DNA from: an uncultured virus (IMG/VR IMGVR_UViG_3300044700_000221)
Lineage: Duplodnaviria > Heunggongvirae > Uroviricota > Caudoviricetes
Virus record (IMG/VR): IMGVR_UViG_3300044700_000221
Length of the DNA stretch: 64,000 nt
Direction: 5' to 3' (one strand)
Shown: positions 6,726-14,222 of the stretch, piece after piece
Numbering within the stretch: the first letter of the stretch is position 1
Layout of the letters: each line of letters opens with the position of its first letter
Notes under the pieces: model-generated
Seen by the model: the letters and a program-made list of their open reading frames with translations, nothing else
What the model was told of the DNA's origin: nothing
Databases searched by the model: none
Made by a program: the position numbers and the translations under genes

Positions 6726-7081
6726 GATGTCCCCTTTCAAAGGATCAATGTTACTTATGGAAGTAACTTTCACGAGCCCATATCCTAAGCGTAACCAGCC
6801 CCTACCCCTAGGTAGTATCTACAGCCTAAGCCATAGACCTATTCCTAGGGGATCAGAACCGTGCCGAAGCGCCCTATGAGGGGCACCGAACTGACCGACA
6901 CACGACCACACTCAGGGGACTAGCAGCGGGTAGCGCCACTCTGCTAGACTATGCCCCGCACCACCGAAGCAGTGAGGAGTCGTAGGAGTTACCCCCTACA
7001 TCAACCGCTTGAGGCGCACCTAGCGGAGGCAGGACCCAGCCCCCGATAACTGCCTAATTGCTGAATAGCCCTATTCTGAAC

Positions 7082-7150
7082 TGTGGATAACCTCATTGCC
7101 CTGTGGATAACTGGGGGGTTACCTGTGGATAACTGGGCACCTGTGGATAA
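7082..7150 (-). promoter_or_regulatory. Cluster of four perfect DnaA boxes (TTATCCACA)
   Basis: TGTGGATAA at 7082, 7102, 7124 and 7142, all in the same orientation, at the strand switch. Confidence 0.85.
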
Positions 7151-7188
7151 GGTAACATAGACCTATTCCAGAACTAAGGAGCTACACC

Positions 7189-7617
7189 ATGGCCAATGAA
7201 CCAGATCGCCCAACCGTTGATTGGAATCGTCCTAATGCAGAACCCCAACGTCCAACTACCACATGGAGACGCTCGGATACTACGCCAACCCCAGGCAAAC
7301 CAGATACTAGTCGTCACCCAGGGCGTCAAGTTAGCCGACTAGCTCATTTACTGGCTACCCATGCACAAAACACTTTTACAGCTCAAAAAGACAGCTTTAC
7401 ACCAGAAGGCGAGCAACAAGGGCTTGGTTTCTATCGTGAGAGTAGAGACTTCAAAAAAAAGATGGGTTATGATGATCTTGGTGAGACATTTATAGAACCG
7501 GCAATAAGAGCTTCTTTTAAGAATAGACATAATAAAGATTACAGTTACGCAGAGTTATATGGTCCTGACGTCCACCCTGACAAATACTTCTCCAGTGAAT
7601 TTACATTTAAACCCTAA
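7189..7617 (+). CDS. Hypothetical protein
   Basis: 142-aa ORF, AAGGAG RBS; contains DTSRHPGRQV. Confidence 0.8.
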   Translation: MANEPDRPTVDWNRPNAEPQRPTTTWRRSDTTPTPGKPDTSRHPGRQVSRLAHLLATHAQNTFTAQKDSFTPEGEQQGLGFYRESRDFKKKMGYDDLGETFIEPAIRASFKNRHNKDYSYAELYGPDVHPDKYFSSEFTFKP

Positions 7618-7682
7618 ACAGTTTGGCCCAACCGGCATATGGATAATGTAATATAGTTTTATTCTTAACTAAGGAGTTAATC

Positions 7683-7907
7683 ATGGCAACAGATCATAGA
7701 GGCAAACCTTTACACGCAGGTAAGCGTACTGCTGATGAACAGTATCAACAAATGACTTTTGCACCACCCAAATGGAGCGATGCGCCTGGTCGAGTTTGGG
7801 ATGGTAGCGGAGATTTAATTTGGGGTCACCCTGATGATACACGCTCACCAAATAACCCCCCTCCTGCGCAAGCAAGACCACAAGACCTATTCTCTTTGCA
7901 TGACTGA
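7683..7907 (+). CDS. Hypothetical protein, N-terminal paralog of 9901-10113
   Basis: AAGGAG RBS; MATDHRGKPLHAGKRTADE. Confidence 0.8.
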   Translation: MATDHRGKPLHAGKRTADEQYQQMTFAPPKWSDAPGRVWDGSGDLIWGHPDDTRSPNNPPPAQARPQDLFSLHD

Positions 7908-7921
7908 CCTCTTTTCCCTGT

Positions 7922-8377
7922 ATGACTCTTAACCCTAGACAGTTCAACAACCAACTACAGATGTTGATGACCGGTAAAGAGTTAATTAACTACATCAACA
8001 CTCCTAGGCACACAAAGTCAGAATTTAACGAGGATGTTGACTCATCTAACTATTGGTCAAGGAAACTTCAAGAAGCTAAGGCCACACCGGAGCAACACAA
8101 TGTTGAAGTAGATGGCAAGATGCAATGGACAGTCCCTCATGGTTCCGGTATCTACGACAGCGTCAAAGCTCATGGGTACTCTCCTGAAGGTGAGACTATT
8201 GAGTTACGTCATACATCAGACGGTAAGGTGCAACAGCGTGATGGAGCTCACCGTATAGCTGCAGCTGCTGCGTTAGAAGATGCAGGTGGAGACCCTATCT
8301 ACTTCCCAGTAGAGCACACCCTTACTGACACCCTTTGGGGAGAACGCGGTAGCACTAACGGTGGAACCGTTAAGTAA
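7922..8377 (+). CDS. ParB/Srx-like domain protein with MTLNPxQF leader
   Basis: IYDSVKAHGY...IEL...DGAHRIAAA resembles the ParB N-terminal DGxHR motif. Confidence 0.65.
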   Translation: MTLNPRQFNNQLQMLMTGKELINYINTPRHTKSEFNEDVDSSNYWSRKLQEAKATPEQHNVEVDGKMQWTVPHGSGIYDSVKAHGYSPEGETIELRHTSDGKVQQRDGAHRIAAAAALEDAGGDPIYFPVEHTLTDTLWGERGSTNGGTVK

Positions 8378-8412
8378 CACCTTTGGCAAGTATATCGGTG
8401 GTTGTGTAAACT

Positions 8413-8424
8413 TGGTACAGTCAG
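8413..8424 (+). promoter_or_regulatory. Putative promoter element TGGTACAGTCAG
   Basis: Identical intergenic 12-mer at 25213-25224; contains an extended -10-like TGnTAnnnT. Confidence 0.45.
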
Positions 8425-8462
8425 GTGGCGTAAAAATTCGCCGTTAGATTGAGGAGAGCGTT

Positions 8463-8846
8463 ATGGCTAGAGGCGAAGACAGACGAGATGATGAAGGCCG
8501 TCAGGTTGGGCGAGACAAATTTGCACCTCCTAGTCTAGGGAGTGCTGCTGCTCCTGCGTGGAAGACTGGTACTTACGCATTAAAGCTTGCACAAAACCAT
8601 GACACTGATGGCATCCTACAATCAGAGTATGACGCTAGAGAAGCTGGTATTCCTTCCCCTCCTCCAACCGGTTGGCCCACTACTCTGGAAATGGTTCAAA
8701 AAGGTCCTCAAGCTTTTGATAAAGCCGTATCACACGTTGTTAAGCCAAATGAGTACAACAACTCATCAGAAAAAATGTATGAGACTTCACGTGCTTTGGA
8801 CGATCAAAACACTATTCGTCGCTACCACAAAATTATCTTTGGGTAA
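8463..8846 (+). CDS. Hypothetical protein
   Basis: 127-aa ORF, GAGGAG RBS; N-terminus MARGEDRRDDEGRQVG. Confidence 0.8.
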   Translation: MARGEDRRDDEGRQVGRDKFAPPSLGSAAAPAWKTGTYALKLAQNHDTDGILQSEYDAREAGIPSPPPTGWPTTLEMVQKGPQAFDKAVSHVVKPNEYNNSSEKMYETSRALDDQNTIRRYHKIIFG

Positions 8847-8860
8847 AAATAACTTTAAAC

Positions 8861-9865
8861 ATGACTCTCAACCCTAAACAGTTTGGTGAACACCAACAAC
8901 AGCAACTTCCCTTAGATTGGGATGCCTCAGAAGCGGATAACCGTAAGGAAGCTGTTAGTAATTTTAAAGTTACAAAGTCTGAAATAGTTCCAGATCCTAT
9001 CCGGGGCGAAGTTGTTAAGACTCGAGAACTGGGACTTGAGAAGCCAAGCGCGATACATCGAATGCTTTCTACATCAGGTATACCAACAAACATCTTGCAC
9101 GACCTAGCAGGGGAAATCCATGTAGAACCCATTAATAACACTACCATTACACCTTCTCTTCCTCCTCCAAAGTCCGTTGCTGGCATTACTGTAAGAGCTC
9201 TAGGTAAAACTCCTAAACCAGTAGAAGTTCAAATAAATGGAACTTTTAATAGATACACTGACATTATTAAAATGAATGCAAATAACTTACCAGACACCGA
9301 TGCACGTTTTTCTAGAATTTCTAAAACACTCACTCATGAGCTAGGTCATAAACTTGATTATCAAAAATCAGGTAAACATAATGAGTTTAAAAATATTGGT
9401 TTTATGCATTTACGCCGAAAGAAGTTACCTGCTGGGTTTTGGCTGTCAGCAGATCCAAGATTAGAAGGGGCAGCTGACGGGTTTGTAGATCAACATAGTG
9501 GTGTTGACCGACCTGACTTTAGCCACCAATTAGTTGACTTCTATGGAAGAAACCCTGGATGGAGTCCTGGTGAACGTGCCATTTATCATGGTACTCGTGC
9601 ACACTTAGCTAAAACTGGAGAACGTTTTGCTGTAGATGCTCCTATTGATAAAGCAGACATGAACGCAGTTGGAAAGCACCTTCATAAACTTACTAATTTG
9701 TCTCCGCACGCTGGAAAAGCCTTGCAGGATGTTGGCTTGTGGAAAAACGCACAATCCCATATCAATGATTACATCAAGTCACGAGTTAACGGCACTCAAC
9801 TTTCTTTCTTTGGTGACGCAGACTATGATACTCATTACTTCCCTGTTTCACACTTTAGGGACTAA
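8861..9865 (+). CDS. Putative zinc metallopeptidase-domain protein with MTLNPxQF leader
   Basis: TLTHELGH (HExxH) with a downstream EGAAD. Confidence 0.7.
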   Translation: MTLNPKQFGEHQQQQLPLDWDASEADNRKEAVSNFKVTKSEIVPDPIRGEVVKTRELGLEKPSAIHRMLSTSGIPTNILHDLAGEIHVEPINNTTITPSLPPPKSVAGITVRALGKTPKPVEVQINGTFNRYTDIIKMNANNLPDTDARFSRISKTLTHELGHKLDYQKSGKHNEFKNIGFMHLRRKKLPAGFWLSADPRLEGAADGFVDQHSGVDRPDFSHQLVDFYGRNPGWSPGERAIYHGTRAHLAKTGERFAVDAPIDKADMNAVGKHLHKLTNLSPHAGKALQDVGLWKNAQSHINDYIKSRVNGTQLSFFGDADYDTHYFPVSHFRD

Positions 9866-9900
9866 CTAAGCTAATATAGAAGAAACCTTAGGAGATAATC

Positions 9901-10113
9901 ATGGCATCAGACCACAAAGGACGTCCACTTCACGCAGGTAAGCGCACTGCTGACGAGATGTATGCACAAATTAAAAAAAACAGTTCATGGTTTGACGATT
10001 CATACCGTAATACTGGTAGTACTGCTGGGTATCCACACACAGACAAGTACGACAATGAGGGGTTTGCGGTTGATACCACCCCTTATGAAGCAAATGATCC
10101 TATGGGTGCCTAA
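9901..10113 (+). CDS. Hypothetical protein, N-terminal paralog of 7683-7907
   Basis: AGGAG RBS; MASDHKGRPLHAGKRTADE. Confidence 0.8.
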   Translation: MASDHKGRPLHAGKRTADEMYAQIKKNSSWFDDSYRNTGSTAGYPHTDKYDNEGFAVDTTPYEANDPMGA

Positions 10114-10118
10114 TACAA

Positions 10119-10475
10119 ATGGCTATTACTGCTGTTGGGGCAGCTGACCCTAACGAAGAACCCGAGTTTAAAAGTGTCTACGAAGGTTACGTTTCCCATA
10201 ACATGGATCCTAAAGAGATGGATATCATCTCAAAAAAGATGAAGAAGGAAAAACAGGCATGGGAACGCCTACAAAAAACAGGGGATTCACGCCACCCCAA
10301 CTCGATTAGGTCAGCAAATAACAAAGCTGCAGCATCTTGGTACAACAACCCATACAGTCGAACCAACGACGAGGGCGATGTAATCAATCCAGCTGATGCT
10401 AGTGCTTGCAACCAAGCAGGTCGTTACGGTAGTTTCAGTCATGGTAACAACAGCTGCGGCTGTGATGGCTGTTAA
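10119..10475 (+). CDS. Hypothetical protein with Cys-rich C-terminus
   Basis: 118-aa ORF ending SCGCDGC. Confidence 0.7.
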   Translation: MAITAVGAADPNEEPEFKSVYEGYVSHNMDPKEMDIISKKMKKEKQAWERLQKTGDSRHPNSIRSANNKAAASWYNNPYSRTNDEGDVINPADASACNQAGRYGSFSHGNNSCGCDGC

Positions 10476-10485
10476 GGAGACATAA

Positions 10486-10701
10486 ATGGACTTTAATGAA
10501 TGGTTAAAATACGGAATGGACCACAACTGGTGTGGCCCAGCAGTGTGTGAGACCCATGATGGGTTGCCTATGAGCAATGAAGAGGACGAAGAGTTCTGGG
10601 AAAGTGACCCTTGCATTCACATTTTGCGACTTTATGAGAGTGAAGAGCATGGAAAAGCAGTTGAAGCTTCACATTCTGCATCAGTTTGGCGTAAATTATA
10701 A
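10486..10701 (+). CDS. Small Cys/His hypothetical protein
   Basis: AAGGAG RBS; WCGPAVCETHDG...DPCIH. Confidence 0.75.
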   Translation: MDFNEWLKYGMDHNWCGPAVCETHDGLPMSNEEDEEFWESDPCIHILRLYESEEHGKAVEASHSASVWRKL

Positions 10702-11784
10702 CGAATTTAGGTACTCAGCCATCTTTTTACCCGTGGCTTCGAGTGAAAAATGAGTTTCAATGTGTTCTTTAGCGTGCTGACCCATTGTTTTTGCTGAATT
10801 TTGATGCTCGTACACGTATCTCATGGCTTGAGAGGCCGCTGTTATGTCAACTTCAGCCCATTTTGCGGTTGGAGGGTACACATCATTACCCATCCCAACG
10901 TCTATGTAGTCCCATGGCATCAAAAGTGACACATAATCGTTCATGAACTCGGTATTACCAGAGTAATTTGTAGCAATTACTGGTTTTCCAAGAGCCATTG
11001 CTTCTGCAATTGACAATCCGAGCCCCTCAGACCTGTGCAATGACACATAACAGTCAGTTATGTTAAGTAGAGCTGCCAATTTAGTGGGTTCTAACACTTT
11101 ATCTATTATTTTTATGTCAGTTCTACCCTCTGTAAGTGCCTGGAGTTCTTTTAGTTTGCTGTAATGCTTATCTCCATTAGCACTTTTAATTACGAGTACT
11201 GGACCTTCGTTTGGTTTAAAGGCTTTTTTAAAAGCGTTAATAATTGCTGCTGGATTTTTCCTATTTACCATAGAATAAAAACTAAAAGTAAAGAAAAACA
11301 TGTAGCGATCTGGCTCAACCCCAATGTCAATTTTATTTATTTCAGTATCGTACTCGGGTGCCAGTAACGGTAACTGCATTTTGTTAACCTTAACGGTATT
11401 AGGAGCATACTTATCAATAGCTTTAGTAATAAATTCAGTAGGAGACCACACTTCGTTAACGTAATTAAATCCCATATGCATAGAAGGCGGGAAATACTCA
11501 AGTTCCCAAAACCACTGACCAATAACATATTTATTTTTTAAGTAATCTCGTAAATGGTAAGTGGTGTGGGTAAGCTCATTCGAGTTAACCGACATAATAA
11601 CTTTGTTGTATTTCCACTCTTTGTCAATTGTAAATGGTACATTGTTTTTTGAAACAGCAGAAGCTACCCCTATGGTTGATACAGGGTAATCTACTGATCT
11701 AAGGGCCCTTACGAGCAAACGGCCAGCTTCGCCAAGTCCACTCTCAGTGTTCAGGTACCCAAACACGTTAACTCCATCTGACAT
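10696..11784 (-). CDS. Glycosyltransferase, GT-B fold (family 4-like)
   Basis: RKNP...YVSLHRSEGLGLSIAEAMALGKPVIATNYSGNTEF (ExxGxxxxEA signature). Confidence 0.9.
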   Translation of the reverse strand: MSDGVNVFGYLNTESGLGEAGRLLVRALRSVDYPVSTIGVASAVSKNNVPFTIDKEWKYNKVIMSVNSNELTHTTYHLRDYLKNKYVIGQWFWELEYFPPSMHMGFNYVNEVWSPTEFITKAIDKYAPNTVKVNKMQLPLLAPEYDTEINKIDIGVEPDRYMFFFTFSFYSMVNRKNPAAIINAFKKAFKPNEGPVLVIKSANGDKHYSKLKELQALTEGRTDIKIIDKVLEPTKLAALLNITDCYVSLHRSEGLGLSIAEAMALGKPVIATNYSGNTEFMNDYVSLLMPWDYIDVGMGNDVYPPTAKWAEVDITAASQAMRYVYEHQNSAKTMGQHAKEHIETHFSLEATGKKMAEYLNSL

Positions 11785-11831
11785 TGATTCTCCTTGTATT
11801 ACTACTTATTTGACGCTAGCATAACCAAATT

Positions 11832-11905
11832 GCCGGGTGGTGCGTCCGGTTGACGCAAGGTGTCTTATAAACACCCGTAGACGGGTTCAACTCCCGTACT
11901 CGGCA
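11832..11905 (+). tRNA. tRNA-Ile(UAU)
   Basis: GCCGGGT/ACTCGGC-A acceptor, TGCG/CGCA D stem, GGTGT-CTTATAA-ACACC anticodon arm, ACGGG-TTCAACT-CCCGT T arm; G at position 8 is atypical. Confidence 0.85.
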
Positions 11906-12040
11906 CTTTTGATACAATCTATAGGTGACTAAAGAGAACCACCCCACATGTGATACTTCCACGCAGTGTGTTTACTGTGGAGGACAGCTTGTACCTGAAC
12001 ACGCCCACTACAAGTGTAAAGACTGTGGGCAAAGAGACGC

Positions 12041-13345
12041 TTGTTGCGAAGGAGTGTATTGATAAAAAAAGCCTTTCGGAGTATCATAAGTATCTCAAGA
12101 TGGTTTCTTATAGCTTTATCAATATTTCCAATAAGTTCAGCAAAAGCTGACGCCAACCCAATAATTACTGAACCAACTGACTTTTGGTTCTCATACACGG
12201 AACCAACTCAGTTCTTGGCACAAACGTATCAATCTGTTGGATTTGAATCAGACCCCCAACTTTGGTTGTACAACGCTGACACAGGCGTAGAAATTGCAAA
12301 CAATGATGACTACATGGGTCTACAATCTAAAATTGACTTAGAAGTACCAGCAGGCAACTACCGCCTAAGAGCAGCAACTTGTTGTGGTGACCCCAATGGT
12401 TGGCGTAATTCGTGGGGTTGGAACATCCAATATGAGTTATCCTTTAATGGTAATCCCGTAAACACAACAACTACAACCGTACCGGAGACGACTACAACAT
12501 GGGCCCCAACTACAACATCCACGGAACCGCCGACGACGAGTACTACTACTGCCCCAACAACGACTGTGCCTGTAACGGAAGTTCCAACCACCGTGGAAAC
12601 GACGACTACGACTACAACCAGCACAACCTCGCTGCCTCCGGAGACTACGAGCACTACTGTTGCGGATACTGTGGTTCCTTCTACAATGCCAACAACGACG
12701 CAACCTGTTGGTACTGTGGAGGTCCCTCAATCCTCTCTTCCGCCTACTACCACTACTACAAGTCCCTTTTTCCCGACACCCTTGACGACCTCAAGTACGA
12801 GTGCGCCGCCGATTGTTACATTTGCTCCTACGACGACCCCGACTATTACAACGGAGCCTACCGAGCCGCCTACACCCGATACTTTGCCACCTGTGGAGAC
12901 CGCGACTGAGGTAATAGATAATCTAGATGAACTACCTGCAGAGGAGTTAGTCTCAGCAATCACAGAGCTATCTGACGAGGAACTAACGAACCTAGTAGAA
13001 TCTATAGACGTAAGTTCACTAACCGAGGAATCAATCTCTGCTGTCTTTAGCGAAGATGTACTTAACGAACTATCTGATGACCAGGTTACAGAACTTATTG
13101 ACGCAATCGTCCCAAGTGAATTGTCTGATGATCAGGCTTTGGCGCTTTCAGAAGCACTAACTGACGCTCCAGATAGCGTAAAGCAAGAGTTTGAGCAACA
13201 GATTGACGTATTTGGTGGACAGTTTGATACATATGTACCAACTGGCTCTGCCGTCCCAGTAGGCGCACGACGAGTAATTGTAGCTGCGGCAGTAGCAGCT
13301 TTTGCCATGCCCGCCCCTTCTAGCTCCTCAAGGAAGCAATCATGA
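12041..13345 (+). CDS. Secreted/membrane-anchored protein: signal peptide, PPC-like beta domain, Thr/Pro-rich stalk, acidic helical repeats, C-terminal hydrophobic segment
   Basis: RWFLIALSIFPISSAKA|D; DPQLWLY...NDD...AGNYRLRA; long T/P-rich tract; start uncertain. Confidence 0.75.
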   Translation: MLRRSVLIKKAFRSIISISRWFLIALSIFPISSAKADANPIITEPTDFWFSYTEPTQFLAQTYQSVGFESDPQLWLYNADTGVEIANNDDYMGLQSKIDLEVPAGNYRLRAATCCGDPNGWRNSWGWNIQYELSFNGNPVNTTTTTVPETTTTWAPTTTSTEPPTTSTTTAPTTTVPVTEVPTTVETTTTTTTSTTSLPPETTSTTVADTVVPSTMPTTTQPVGTVEVPQSSLPPTTTTTSPFFPTPLTTSSTSAPPIVTFAPTTTPTITTEPTEPPTPDTLPPVETATEVIDNLDELPAEELVSAITELSDEELTNLVESIDVSSLTEESISAVFSEDVLNELSDDQVTELIDAIVPSELSDDQALALSEALTDAPDSVKQEFEQQIDVFGGQFDTYVPTGSAVPVGARRVIVAAAVAAFAMPAPSSSSRKQS

Positions 13346-13530
13346 TTAAGAAATTCTTTAAAGAAACGTCCGCCCTCTCCTGGACCCTTGGTGGTACAGC
13401 TTTAGTACTTATTACACTTAGTGGTCCTACTAAAGTAATTGGTCTCTGGATTTCAGCATTTTCTTTAATTGTCCATTTCTTGGGCGTTCTCTTTAGCCCA
13501 GATGAAGAAAAGGAAGAGGATACAGAATGA
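13342..13530 (+). CDS. Small two-TM membrane protein
   Basis: Two hydrophobic segments, ATGA overlap. Confidence 0.75.
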   Translation: MIKKFFKETSALSWTLGGTALVLITLSGPTKVIGLWISAFSLIVHFLGVLFSPDEEKEEDTE

Positions 13531-13658
13531 AAAAAGTTGTACTATTGTTATTACTCTTAAGCGTTTCCGCATGCACAGACAGATACAGGAACCCAGCAGA
13601 TGACCCAAGAAACCAGACCACGACGATCAGTCCCATCGCGGAAACGTCTCTCCCCTGA
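13527..13658 (+). CDS. Small lipoprotein (43 aa)
   Basis: Not in the track; MKKVVLLLLLLSVSA-CTDRYRNP..., lipobox, ATGA overlap. Confidence 0.7.
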   Translation: MKKVVLLLLLLSVSACTDRYRNPADDPRNQTTTISPIAETSLP

Positions 13659-13896
13659 CGAGATTGAGGCCAGAACACGGGCAATTGTAATTATATGCTT
13701 AGTAAGCGTTTTATTAGGAAGTGTTGGAGCCCTGCTCTATTCTTTGATTTTTGTTTACCAACCGGCGGAGCAATCACCTAATGATGCGGCTTTTCTCAAA
13801 ATCCTTGAGCCTCTTATGTTTAGCATTGGCGGCGCCCTTACTGGTTTGGCTGCTGGTCGTGCTATGTCTTCTGGCAAAAAAGAAGATGATGAGTGA
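13600..13896 (+). CDS. Two-TM membrane protein (holin-like)
   Basis: Two hydrophobic helices, charged C-terminus. Confidence 0.7.
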   Translation: MTQETRPRRSVPSRKRLSPDEIEARTRAIVIICLVSVLLGSVGALLYSLIFVYQPAEQSPNDAAFLKILEPLMFSIGGALTGLAAGRAMSSGKKEDDE

Positions 13897-14147
13897 TGGA
13901 ACCCATCTACATTCCCATCGCCGTGGCCCTTATTGGAGGGCCAGTAATGTGGTTTCTAAGCCGTTTTGACAAACGAAACACAGAACAACACGGTGCAAAC
14001 ATGGAGATACTTGAAAGAGTAGAAACTAAACTTGACCGAATGGATGGGAAAGTAGATCGGGTAGACGAGAAGGTTGAACGGTTAGACAACCGTGTAACCA
14101 ACTTAGAAAAGCCAGTAACCCGCATACCCCGCAAGAAGAGTGTATAA
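13893..14147 (+). CDS. Membrane-anchored coiled-coil protein
   Basis: N-terminal TM then heptads VETKLDRMDGKVDRVDEKVERLDNRV. Confidence 0.75.
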   Translation: MMEPIYIPIAVALIGGPVMWFLSRFDKRNTEQHGANMEILERVETKLDRMDGKVDRVDEKVERLDNRVTNLEKPVTRIPRKKSV

Positions 14148-14167
14148 TTAACTCTAGAGTGCTCCAA

Positions 14168-14203
14168 TGGTGGGCCGTCTGCGGGCGGTCCACCACTACT
14201 CTT
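14168..14203 (+). terminator. Putative terminator hairpin
   Basis: TGGTGGGCCGTC-TGCG-GGCGGTCCACCA followed by a weak U tract. Confidence 0.5.
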
Positions 14204-14222
14204 TATGCGTTAGAATGGTGTT

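Noticed and set aside
2996..6916. IS elements or MITEs explaining the gene-flanking inverted repeats
   Set aside because: No transposase, no target-site duplications seen, arms differ between genes, and mismatches are strand-biased G-U pairs.
7081..7150. Mini-CRISPR or simple tandem repeat
   Set aside because: The 10-nt unit equals the DnaA box and the spacers are 8-12 nt.
7595..7651. Programmed frameshift at TTTAAAC joining gene 7189 to an LNPKQF tail
   Set aside because: The heptamer is not in the frame needed for a canonical -1 slip; more likely a remnant or tiny ORF.
12358..12963. Val-rich minus-strand ORFs and the Cys/Tyr-rich alternative frame
   Set aside because: By-products of the ACN-rich Thr tract in gene 12041-13345.
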